DNA of 64,000 bases, taken from NCBI GenBank assembly GCA_965202585.1, contig OZ241828.1, positions 36,642,001 through 36,706,000 on the forward strand, read 5' to 3'. This DNA comes from Thalia democratica (Eukaryota). Positions 53,201 through 64,000 of this stretch are shown here, in pieces (position 1 is the first letter of the stretch; each line of letters starts with the position of its first letter). The notes beneath the pieces were generated by a model. The model searched no databases. It was not told where the DNA came from and saw only the letters and a program-made list of their open reading frames with translations. A program made the translations under genes and the position numbers.

Positions 53201-54010
53201 TCATAATAATTGACGTTAAAAGCATGTCGCACGTGAAGGGTGGTAAGCATTCTGCTACAAGTTAGCATATTTAATGATAAGTACTTTATTGATTTTTGTT
53301 CAAGAACTCATTAAACTGAAAAAATAAAGGTTTTGTTTAAACTAGTTAAATTAGTTAAGTTGCAATAGTCACTATTCACATCAAGTTGTTTTAGTACATT
53401 TGCTCAAGATAGTTGTACTGACAAATCTAATCGGCAACTGTTTGTGCTGTCTTGTTTTCAGCCGATAGTTGAGTTTAAAACATGTCAAGTTTGTTATCGC
53501 CTCTTATTATTTACCCTTCTCGAGGTTTTTGTTGTTTCTTAACGTGGCGCCGGTAACAAATCCCCTTCAAATTAAAAATTCTCTTAAACACGAAAAAAGG
53601 TCGGTGGTGTAGGAAGTTTCAAGGGCTCACGGTGACACCGAGCTTTGAAATTGTAAACTGTTAAGAAGCATGTTGTGTGTACTTGCCTAATAAATTTTGA
53701 ACTCAGAAGTATTTTTGTTGCGCTAAGAAATTTGTTTACACCCTTTTTGTATTTGAACTTATATAACTTAAAACGTCTGTAATAAAATTTATAAAGGTAC
53801 AATACTTAAACTTCTCACAAATAAACTTCAATATATTTCAAGAGTATTTTAAGTTAGCTGCTTTAAAAGTAGATTTATAGCCATTATAGATGTTAATACT
53901 TTATTTTAAACCATGAATGTGAACAACCTTACTAAAAATATTTCGATGAGTTTATGAAAGCTTTAATGTTAAAAACTTCTAATCGTGTGTTTATTTTCAA
54001 GTCAAAGTAA

Positions 54011-54158
54011 TGAACAATGAACTTCACCGCACGACCAACAACAACAGCATCCGAGACACCCTACGACCGGTTTCGTCCTTTTTAGAACTCATTAGATTAA
54101 CCAAGCGGGGTTAAATGCATATGCACTGAAGCGTCCGTTTGTGGGTAAAGTCTGAAAA
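54011..54158 (-). mobile_element. Degenerate second copy of the hammerhead element, inserted after the Islet duplication
   Basis: Flanked by aagtcaaagtaa (53999-54010) and aagtctaagtaa (54159-54170). The paralogous empty site has one aagtttaagtaa (9993-10004). Core is mutated to CUAAUGA and the stem I 5' strand is deleted. Confidence 0.78.
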
Positions 54159-55985
54159 AAGTCTAAGTAAGAACAAAAATGTATTTAAACCTGAACAAAT
54201 TTCCTTATACCAAACAAAAGCTCCTTTTTTTTTTTCCGCTACTTCTAATTTCGAAAAAAAAACAACTACTACACCATTAAGTTTAAAGCTCATGAGTAGG
54301 GCATTTATTTGTTTGCCTACGAAGATTAAACTGTTTATAAAAATAGAAAAAAAAAATGCGTACAACTAGCATTATCAATTGAACTTGTACCCTATTGTTT
54401 TAGTTTTAAAATCGTGGTTTTGAAATACAGTACTATTTAAAAAGACAGTAATAGTATAACTATTTCAAAGGATGATATTTAACGAGATGTAGATGGAAAA
54501 AGTTTTAAGTAAACTCATGCATCTGTAAAATCGCTGCAAAAAGACTTCAAATTTACTTTTTTGTTTGAAAAGTAAAGTCTTGGCTGTGTAACAATGAAGT
54601 TTTTGGCGCGAGTGATTTAAGAACTTGTAACCTAGAGAAAAGCGAATTTCAACAGAACGTCAACTTGAATTTGTATGGTGTAGATTAATATGTTAACTTG
54701 CTAATCTACCCACATATTTTTTACAAATATAAACCTCATTCAAATCTTATGTGTGATTTCTCCGAATTTAAATAACTTTGCTAAGCTCAAGAACAAAATT
54801 TATTTAAGCTTAACATATTTAGATGTTTTTAATAGACTTTGTCTACAAGTTTCCCAAGAAAAATAACCTATTGTGAAATTTTTAATTTTTCATGTGCAAT
54901 TGTTCAATCGTCTATTTTAAAGCGTAAACTAGTCAGAACATGATTTTATAACCATAAAACCATTAAAACTGGTGGGTTGTCATGACACCTCAGTTTTCAT
55001 AGTTTATTTTTTGTTCGCAGTTACTTGTTGCTCTCGTAATATTTCGACAAGCTTCTGTCGGCAGGAAACCGTCGAAATTTTCAGATTTTATAAGTTCCGT
55101 CGGCGGCAGATGTGCAAGTAAAACGTTGAATTAAGCAACGTATCATTATCGGCTGGCTACCGAATTGGAACAAAAATATTCACAGTTCATCTCACTATAA
55201 AGAAAAACAAAGCAAAAGTTTTAATTTATGCTTTATTTGTAACGTTTCTGTTTGTACAACATAATTTTGCGTTGGAATTTTTTTTACATGTAGCGCCTCA
55301 AGTTATGACTTAGTAGATAGAGAAAAAAGTATTATCGAAGTCAATTTACTATACATGTAAAGTTTATATTTGGTTTAATGATTATTTTTAAAACAGACTG
55401 TTGTTAGTCCAACTCATTTAAGTATTAGTTAAAGTTATAAATGATAAATTCAAATAGAACAAGAAAACAAAAAAGTTTATTATACAATATTTTAACTTAT
55501 TATAACTTATTTACTGTATTAATCAAACAGCTATAAGTTACTCAAAAAGTAAACGTTTTTAGATTTAAAACGAATTTTATTCAGTTTAACTAACAAGTAT
55601 CATACTGTCTTTATTTTTACTTATTAAAGACGTTGTTACTTTAAAAAATTGAAAAGTCAAAAGTGTTTACGCTTTTTGTTTAAAAAGAATTAAAATTGGA
55701 CTACTTTTGTTAGTAGAGGCAGAACTGTACAACTGATGGTATTTTAACTATTTGTCACCCCCTAGCGACTTTTTTTCTTGCATTTCTCTCTATTCCCTTG
55801 TCTCGTTTTAAAGATAAGAGTGTAGAAAAAAGATCATTTATTATATACAGCGCACATGAAGTCAACACGCTTCGTTTTGAATTTTTTTCAGCTTTAAGCA
55901 ACATCAAGTAAGCTCTTAAACCAGTTTTGCAAACTCCACCCATCAGTTTTGCATCACAAAGCTAATCGGCCAATCAGGACATCAG

Positions 55986-56292
55986 ATGAAAACCTCGCAG
56001 GTCGCTCATTTGACAGGAGATTTCAACGTTCCGCCTGAAAGTGGGGAGAACAACTTTGATAGCTTTCAATTGGACCATACGACGCCACCTTACAGCCACT
56101 ACTCGGTCGACAGCACCCAGGAACTTTTCTTACCTGGGTATAACTATCAAGCAAGGGGAAGCACCGGAAGCGAAATGGACTTTCACTCGAACCAAGGACA
56201 AGTTTCGAGCCAGGGGATGACCCCGATGTCGAGCGGGTCAAGTCAGATAATGATGCATCAAAATGTGGACAACATGCAGCAAACTAACGGAG
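55986..56292 (+). CDS. Isl: Islet copy 2 exon 1
   Basis: About 93% nt identity to 11832-12138; GGAG|gtaagc donor, phase 1. Confidence 0.82.
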
Positions 56293-59200
56293 GTAAGCAG
56301 TTTTATGTTTCGATAATCGGTAGACTCTAGAAACTTTTATTTTTAAAACTGGCTTAGTTTGATACACAGTTCAAAATACTTATCAATATAAAAGTATGAT
56401 TCGTTGCTAATTTAATAAAAGATATAGGTATGATCAAATAGTAATTAAGGTGAACAATAACTTTCTATTAAATATATTTTGTATACTTAAACAAAATCTA
56501 AACACTAATATTAAATTTTATTTCTCAATATGATGTTTAAAACAAAAACAATTTTATTGAGCGCAGTATTTATCATAAGTTAAATTTATGAGAATTAATT
56601 TTGTTCTGAAGTACTATTGTATATCTTTATGTCAGAAGGCTATTGAAATCTTTGTTCTCAGTTTTTAAGTGAAATGAAATATTTTTAAATATTAAACTGC
56701 ACGAAACAAAATAAAATGGCGTTTTATCGATTCGTAGTACGAGCTTCAAAAAAAATAAGTTGTTATTGTTAAAAATCATCGATTTTAAAGAAAAAAATAG
56801 ATTAAAATAAGTTATTAAATAACATCTACAAAAAACTATTCGGATTATAATTTAAATTTTTTGTATGTTACTAGAAATGCTAGAACTGTTAATAGCTTAA
56901 GACTTTAAAACTAGTACTTTCTTCGATATAAAAAAATGGTTAGCAGCAAAATTTTTGGCATATTTGACCCAAAATATGAGAACATTTCGGTGGGAAAAAC
57001 TGAACTTTTAGGTACTTTATAAAATATTACAACTTTCGTAGACGCCGGTTAAAGCTCGTTTTTATTAATTTCACACGAATTTGCAGCGAATTAAGCGGCC
57101 ATTATCCCGGCGAACCAATGTAGCTACCGGACGATAAACTGTTGAGATTTGTTGTTTTTTATTTAGGAAACCTTGAATTTAACTCACTTAATCTTCTTAT
57201 AGAAACATTATGAGGTGATTTTGAGTGTGAATCTTTTTCTAGTGGTAGCTCTTACTCAGCTTAAATAAGTTACGCCAAACTAAAACTAAAATTGTAGTTT
57301 TACTTAAAACCGCTCTCTTTTTTTACTAAAAAACAACAAACTATTTATAGCTTTAATTCCAGATAAAAAACAGCAATTAGTAAAAATTTTATTCAGCACA
57401 GAAAACATAACTGAGTTAGCAAACATTATTTATGATACTTTTAAACTTTTTTACAAGACTTCTTCAAACACAAACATATTTAGCTCATGGCTAAACTAAG
57501 TTTCTTCAAAAACTCTTGATTATAACTTTATTAGGTTTTAGAAGGATATGCATGGGGTGCAGGCACCTTATCCACGGCCCCTATATTAGCACGTCACAAG
57601 GGGTCGACTGGCACTCGCAGTGTCTCAAGTGCGCCGCATGCGGATGTAACCTGGGAGACATGAGAACCTGCTATATCAGGGACGACAAGCCTTACTGCAA
57701 AAACGACTATTTCCAGTTTGTTTAAAATTATATATGATACTTTTATAACATAACATTTTTGGTTTTATTATTAAAAGAATGTATTCAATGTGTATTAAAC
57801 TGAATACTATAGAATTAATTTGTAATATGTCTATTTACGACCAAAGCTAAAATGTTTAATATTTATATACATAGTAGAGTTTTAAATGAATACTCTTTTT
57901 AGAAAACACTATTTTACAAACTTTAAATCTTTGTTAGAATAACTAGTAACATTAAAATTTCTGTTTACTGTACCTACAAATGTCGTGTGTTTTACTTACA
58001 ATTTATAAAGTTTACTTTTTGGTATTTTCAGTTTGTTAAATTATAGACTCAAAAATATACCCTATTCAGGTACTTAGTTGCAGCTTTTTTTAAAACCGTT
58101 TCACATTAAAATCAACTCAATGGTCAAGTAAAAATAAACAGCAGTTGTTCTAATTGTGTTAAAAATTAAGTTTGCGAACTACTTTTATAAGACTATCTTT
58201 GAAAAAAAGTTTACTTCGTCTTTATAAAGCACAAAAAAAAAAAGAAATAAACCTAAACTTAAGAAAGACCTTTCCCCTTTTCAAAAACTTGTTTTAAAAC
58301 CTAAATGATTAAAAAGCGACGATTTCAACTTTAAGCCTTTAGTGACACGAAATCGATTAAAGAATATTCAACTAAAAATTCAGAACCCTTTTATTCTAAC
58401 GCTGCTGATTGAAAAGACCTGTTTTTTTTTTTTTAAACCTCTGAAATGTTATGTAAAACCTAAATAGCTTACAAATCTATCTTCTAGTGTTTCAGTTTGG
58501 TCTCAAGCACAAAGTTAATAGCAAAACTGTCGATTAAATTAGCTCACAAATACAGTATTTGTAGTACAGCTCAGTGTGTTGAATGTTAGAATATTTCATG
58601 TGGTTCTTGTTTGATAACAAACATTGTTAAAATAGTATCTCAAAAAATAGAAGTTAGTGTTTTATTAAAATTTATATTTAACCTAATACATTAGACTTTA
58701 CAATATTCAATTTAAAAATTTCTTCAAGCTTAATCATAACAAGTTTTAGATTAAGTTTTAAAGTAGATGCTATTTTTTTGAGTTACTTCTACTTTGACTG
58801 TTTACTAGATAAAATTTCAAAATTAAAATACAAACAACGAGATTGAGAAAAGCAAATATTGCTAAATGATTTAACATGCAAACTTTAACAGTGTAGTTGA
58901 AAAACTATTTATCTGATTACTTTGCTACGTTATTTTTTTTACAATTTGGGTTTTTGAACTTTTTGAATTTCTTAACCTGTTTTTTTATTTTTTCAAAATG
59001 AATTAAACAAAAAAAAAATTTATTCATACTTTGTATACCTTTTTTAACTTTAAATTTTGTGACGTATACAATGATAAGAGTTTTTATAAATCGTTTTTAT
59101 TTAAATTACAAAATTGATTTAGATATAAGGTGGAATTAATAACATGTAAATATCGAAAACAAAAGTAAATTTTAGTTTGAAAAAGCATTTTGGCTTTTTT

Positions 59201-62200
59201 TGTCAGTTTTCGGCAGTAAATAATACAGATTTGAACTTTTAAAATCCTTAAAAGCTAACGACGAAATGTTTTAATTGTTTACTTACCCACAATTATCAAT
59301 ATTTTTTCACTTGTTAACTGCCAGTGATAATTGTTTAAACCAATTATTTTGCCAAATTCAAGCTGATTTTAAAGTTGCGCGCGACGAAATTTATTTTGTT
59401 TGGTAAATAAAAAATCTAAGACATAAAATAAAACATTTAAAGTCGTTCGTAAAGTTTTTTTTAAGCCAATTTTCTACTTATTTCTACCCAATTTCTAATT
59501 ATTTTCTTTTTAGTTTGAAAGAAACTAAATGATTGAACTATTTTATAAATGTTTAACTAATCTAAAAAACTTCAAACTTTGAGAGTTGCATTAACTAACT
59601 GGTTAACTAAGTTAATAGATGATTTTTTCATTAATAAAGGTATACAAATACTTTTTTTAATAAAGTGATATTAGCGAAAAACAGTTCAAATACTTTAAAA
59701 CGTACACATTCAAAGAAATTGAAATAGCCGATAAAAATGTCATTTATATCTTCATATGAATGATAATCGTTTTAAAAAGCAAACGTATGTAATTACACTG
59801 ACGACATATGACACCCGTGTGACAAAAATTCCAAGTAGGCTGTTAAAAAATTAAGCAAATTTTACAACTGTGAAATTTTCTCAATCCATATCATAATTCA
59901 CACTTCTCATAAGTAAAACGGTCGTGTGACAGAAAAGTGTCTGTTTTGTTTTGTTCCATTGTCAGCAGTCTCATAAATATTTCACAAGTTTAAACAAGCA
60001 AGATTTCATCTCGTTCTTATCTCACTTATTTCAAACTGGCCATCCGAGTTCACTCACAAGTATATATGATATTTGCAATACCACTTTTTAAAGTGTTTCC
60101 GGTAAGGAGCAAGCTTAAGCCTATCTGTTTTTGAAGTCAAACTTTTGGTGACAAACGAAAAATTCAGAAAAAATCTTTCCAGTCAAGACACTGTTTAATC
60201 TCTGCTTTACAAATTTGAGCCCCACAACTTGATTAATCTCGTCTTTCTTCGTTGCTGCTTCTTCAAGTTTGTATTTTAGTAATTTAATGTCACTCAGTTC
60301 ATTTATGCTCGCCCGTGCATGACGTGTAAACGGTGATGTGAGACAAAAGAATTTCTTTAAAAGACATCGCAGTTCAGTGATGTTACGCCTCGAGCTGCTA
60401 TTGTTACGAACACAACCGGAAACTCGGCGGAATGCGTCAATCACACAAGAAAGTGATAGAAATTAAACTTTGCCGGTCGTTGCTAGGCAGCCTCACTACA
60501 AAGGGAGGAGGGGGAGAAATTAATCAAACAATTTCTGACTTAAAGCTCGATTTTACAATCTCGAGCCAAACGTCGCACGATTGCGACAATTGCTTTGTTT
60601 TTTGACTCTCAATCGAGAAGCTTTTTACAAAGTCATTTGCCTTGTAATAAAAATTATTTAAAAATTGTAATTAGTTGTACTGGAGTTAGTTTAAACTTAC
60701 AGCAGAGCTAACACTGCGATTTCTTATTCTGCAAGAAATGTCATCGCTTCATTACCTGTCTCACCGCAAACTTTCTGACGTCATAGTCAACGCCGACGAC
60801 GGCTCACTGACATGTAAAGTGTCACCACTTAACTAGTTAAAATAATTTTATATTTTCTCATGAAGCCTGAGCTGCTTAACTCTCACGTTGCCAACTGCAA
60901 TTAGCTTGAAGTGAATTATTAACTTGCGATGATAGGAAGTTGCTACATTGTCGCTTGCAGTTGTCGTTGTTGGTGTGAAGCTAAAATATTGATGCCGTAA
61001 ACTTAGAAATACATACTTAATGGTCTAGTATTACGTATATAGCTCTTTAAATAACGAAGTTATATCTCGTTTATTACACTTTAAATTTTTTCAATAGTAC
61101 ATTTTAAAGAATGATTTTGTAAAGTTTTAATTTTCAATATTTCATAATAACTTTACAGTGCAATATTAAATATAAGTCGTATTATTTGCACCTTTTCTAA
61201 AACTTTCTGACTTCTACTAAAATATTTTTTTTTATTAAATTTGGTGTTTGCCTGCGGTTTATTAAAATTTTATATCGTTAATGTAATATAGGAAATAAAA
61301 ATTATTATAAGTTATTTTATTGTCAAGTTAATATTTTTGCAGCTAATCATTGAGACATGGAAAATCAGTTTATAATATTACTACAAGCTTTATTAAAATT
61401 ATCAAGTATTAATCATTTATCATAATTAATACAATTACTAATCATGTACTTATTAAAAACAACTCGGAAATTTAAATGAAAATTAAGATCACAACGTGTT
61501 TTGCACACAAACACACAAAAGACGCTTCAAACTGACACAACTAATTAAGTAAGCTGTGTTTAAACACACAAGCTCGACCCAAAACACCAACTTTCGCTTA
61601 TTTTCACCAAACACAATAAATTGGACAGCCATCAAACAGATTAGTTGAAAAGTTGTCGAGTTTCCGTAACTTGATCGTGCCTTGCTACGAGCTTTATTTG
61701 CAAAACAAGTAAAAGTTTAAATCTGCAAAAAAAAGTGATCTGCTCACGAACTGTTTATTAGCTTTTAAAAACATTATCTTAAAAGTAACTGACGAGCAAT
61801 ACTAGTATATGTGATAGCTCCGTGATACATGTTTTGAAATAAAGTTGAATTGAAAAAAAATAGTAAATACAAGAAAAACTTAGTTTTTTTAGACTGAATC
61901 GTACTTACATATATAAAGTGTTATACTGTTTACAGGCACTGAAAACATTTTGTTTATCTACTTTTACATGTTTTATTACTTACGTCAAAACAAACAATAC
62001 CTAAGTTTTTTTAGCTCGAAAAAGAGTTCATTAAAATAATTTTAAACGAAAAAAATAGTCAAAGAGCTTATTAAAAATTTTCCGGGACTATTTGCCTATG
62101 GATAACATAGAAAGCAAAACCAAATTCATACCGCAAACTGACATGACTATAATAGCAACAAAGATTACAAAATTTAGAGGTCTAACAGTCTGCCTGATTC

Positions 62201-64000
62201 GCGACAGTCGACATATGTTATCGTCTGCGAGAATTCTCTGCTTACTTATTACTGATTCATATGGTCGACTTTTTACTTTGTTGAACTTCTTTTTATTTCC
62301 ATATACTTTGATTAAAACCTCGTTGAAATTACACTTAGAAAAAGTGGCATGTTTTTTTTTTTTCTTTTTTCTTAGTTTTATACATAAGTTTGCTCAAAAG
62401 ATGAATAATAGCAAAAAAAACAGCTTTATTTTTAAAGGTTATAAATTTATCAATCAATAGCTAATGGAGATTTTTTAATTATTGAAAATAATCTGAATAA
62501 AACTAGGCAAAAGCATGAAATTAAATCTCAATATGACGTCATAATGACTTATAAAGTCAGCTGCTAAGTTCAAACACTGCTCAGGTGACTTAATTTTTCG
62601 AACAAAAAATCTTAGTCCAGTCTGTCGGTTAGACTTGAAAAACAGACACACAAGCAGACACAACAAACATGGAGTTGAGATGTCGCCGTGCAATGAATTC
62701 CTCAGGGGTCAAATATTATTGTCAGGGAAGGACTGGCGTATTATTACGTCATAATGACCCGTAAATGCACACATAATTCTCAGTTTATGAGTTTTTATCC
62801 GTACTTTTTGCTCATATTAATCTCAGCACAACCGTTTGTTTTTTTATTAGTATAATTTTATAAATAATATTGGAACAACTCGAGCTTAGCAGTTAAATTA
62901 TCTAAATTTATTGAAAGTTCATAAACAAAAAAAAGTTTTACAATATGTATAGTAAAACTATTTCTTCATTAATCAAACTAATTAAACATAATAAAAGATA
63001 AACGTTTATCTGAAGCTAACTAAACTTTTAAATTTAGCGAAGTTTTATTAGCTTAAATAAAGTGATTTTAAATATACATAAGAATAGAAAATAATTCAAA
63101 TAAAAACTTTTTTCACTTAACACTCAGCAACAAAATAATTAAATATCAAACGCGTGAACTTTGCAATAAAACTACTGAGATATAACAAAAAACCTACCAA
63201 ACTCTTAAAAGTACGATTATTACTTTAATAGCTTAATGATTAAACTATTTATCTTCAGAGATGCATTAAGTTGCTTTTATAAACCCACTAACTAAATGTT
63301 TTATTTTTTATAAATATATTTCTTTTGTTGATATCAAATTGTAAATAAAATGTTTAAGTTAGTATCTTCAAAATAATTTCAAAAAACATATTGTTTCTAT
63401 ATTTGTACTACCTTTAAAAACCTAAGTAAGTTTGTTTTTCTAAAAATAACAAAAGCAGTGAATTAATTAAAAACGTAGTAAACTTTGCTTTATTTTCAGC
63501 TTATTTGCGCCAAAGTGTGCAAAGTGCAAACTTGGACTGGTCAAAGGGGAGTTGATGATGTCGAGCAGAGATAAAAAGTATCATGTTCAGTGTTTTAGGT
63601 TAGAAGAAAATAATACAAAAATTATTTAACTAGATTCTCAACAGCTTCTTGTACATGAACACTATGACGTAAATTTTAGTCTTTTTTAAATTGAGCACAT
63701 TTTCAAGTACGTTTTTATATTTAAATACTTTCATGAATGACTTAAATGGTTTAGTTTACAGATATTTTAAAGGTTTAATGCATGCATCTTATATAGAGAA
63801 AATATAATAAATTTTTCTTCATAAACATATGTTCGTTTAATTATGAATGAATTTTTATCACTTTTTTTTTGTTTTATAGATGTTACGCCTGCCACAATCA
63901 GCTGATACCAGGAGATTCTTTTGTATGTAGAGACGATGGAAGCATCTACTGCTTACGAGATTACGAAAGACTATTCAAAAAATCAGGAGAAGACAACAGA
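55986..64000 (+). CDS. Isl: Islet-class LIM-homeodomain gene, copy 2 (tandem paralog, 3'-incomplete at window end)
   Basis: Four exons correspond to copy 1 exons 1-4. The three complete ones have identical lengths (307, 181, 99 nt), splice sites are intact, there are no stops or frameshifts, and all LIM zinc ligands are retained. Confidence 0.9.
57535..57715 (+). CDS. Isl: Islet copy 2 exon 2 (LIM1)
   Basis: ctttattag| acceptor and |gtttgt donor; CMGC...[12 protein letters not shown]...YCKND. Confidence 0.93.
63500..63598 (+). CDS. Isl: Islet copy 2 exon 3 (LIM2 first half); not in the supplied ORF track
   Basis: tattttcag| acceptor and |gttaga donor. One amino-acid change versus six synonymous changes relative to copy 1. 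Confidence 0.92.
63880..64000 (+). CDS. Isl: Islet copy 2 exon 4 (LIM2 second half), truncated by window end
   Basis: gttttatag| acceptor; [40 protein letters not shown]. Confidence 0.92.

Larger units (their letters stand above)
45893..64000 (+). repeat. Direct tandem duplicate of window region about 10-19440
   Basis: Collinear homologous blocks from 45893 (matches about position 12) to 64000 (matches about 19436). Offset is about 45.9 kb at the left end and 44.2-44.6 kb over the exons. Confidence 0.95.

Noticed and set aside
60121-60444. 107-aa antisense ORF in copy 2 intron 2 (coiled-coil-looking)
   Set aside because: The paralogous segment (about 15595-15915) has two in-frame TAG stops and indels, so the conservation is non-coding.
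45893-64000. Possibility that copy 2 is an uncollapsed haplotype
   Set aside because: Disfavoured but not excluded: about 20% synonymous divergence and heavily diverged spacers exceed typical allelic levels. Read depth is needed to settle it.
1-64000. tRNA, rRNA, CRISPR arrays and remaining short AT-rich ORFs from the track
   Set aside because: No cloverleaf, rRNA-like or repeat-spacer pattern seen. The other ORFs are F/L/K/I-rich products of AT-rich DNA with non-ATG starts and no conserved frame in the paralog.

Overview
AT-rich (about 25% GC by eye) metazoan genomic DNA, probably an invertebrate chordate such as a tunicate (inference from intron positions; species not determinable). The window holds a direct tandem duplication of an Islet-class LIM-homeobox gene on the + strand. 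Copy 1 is nearly complete: exons 11832-12138, 13350-13530, 18932-19030, 19316-19443, 21404-21801, 28504-28683 and 30061-30190, plus an ambiguous terminal exon at 30277- and/or 30737-30874. Copy 2 lies about 44.2-44.6 kb downstream (exons 55986-56292, 57535-57715, 63500-63598, 63880->64000) and is cut by the window end. At least 11.8 kb of upstream DNA and the introns were duplicated too, so the paralogs footprint each other and show many conserved non-coding blocks, three of them 90-119 bp and identical. Two hammerhead-ribozyme-bearing mobile element families are present. One is a 5'-truncated Penelope-like element with a type I hammerhead (about 7607-8220). The other is a short element of about 150-180 bp with a minimal hammerhead, in two copies (38086-38264, intact core; 54011-54158, degenerate, with a 12-bp TSD whose empty site is visible in the paralog). 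A probable decayed LINE 3' end lies in intron 5. No tRNA, rRNA or CRISPR array was seen. Most supplied short ORFs are spurious. All alignments and counts were done by eye.
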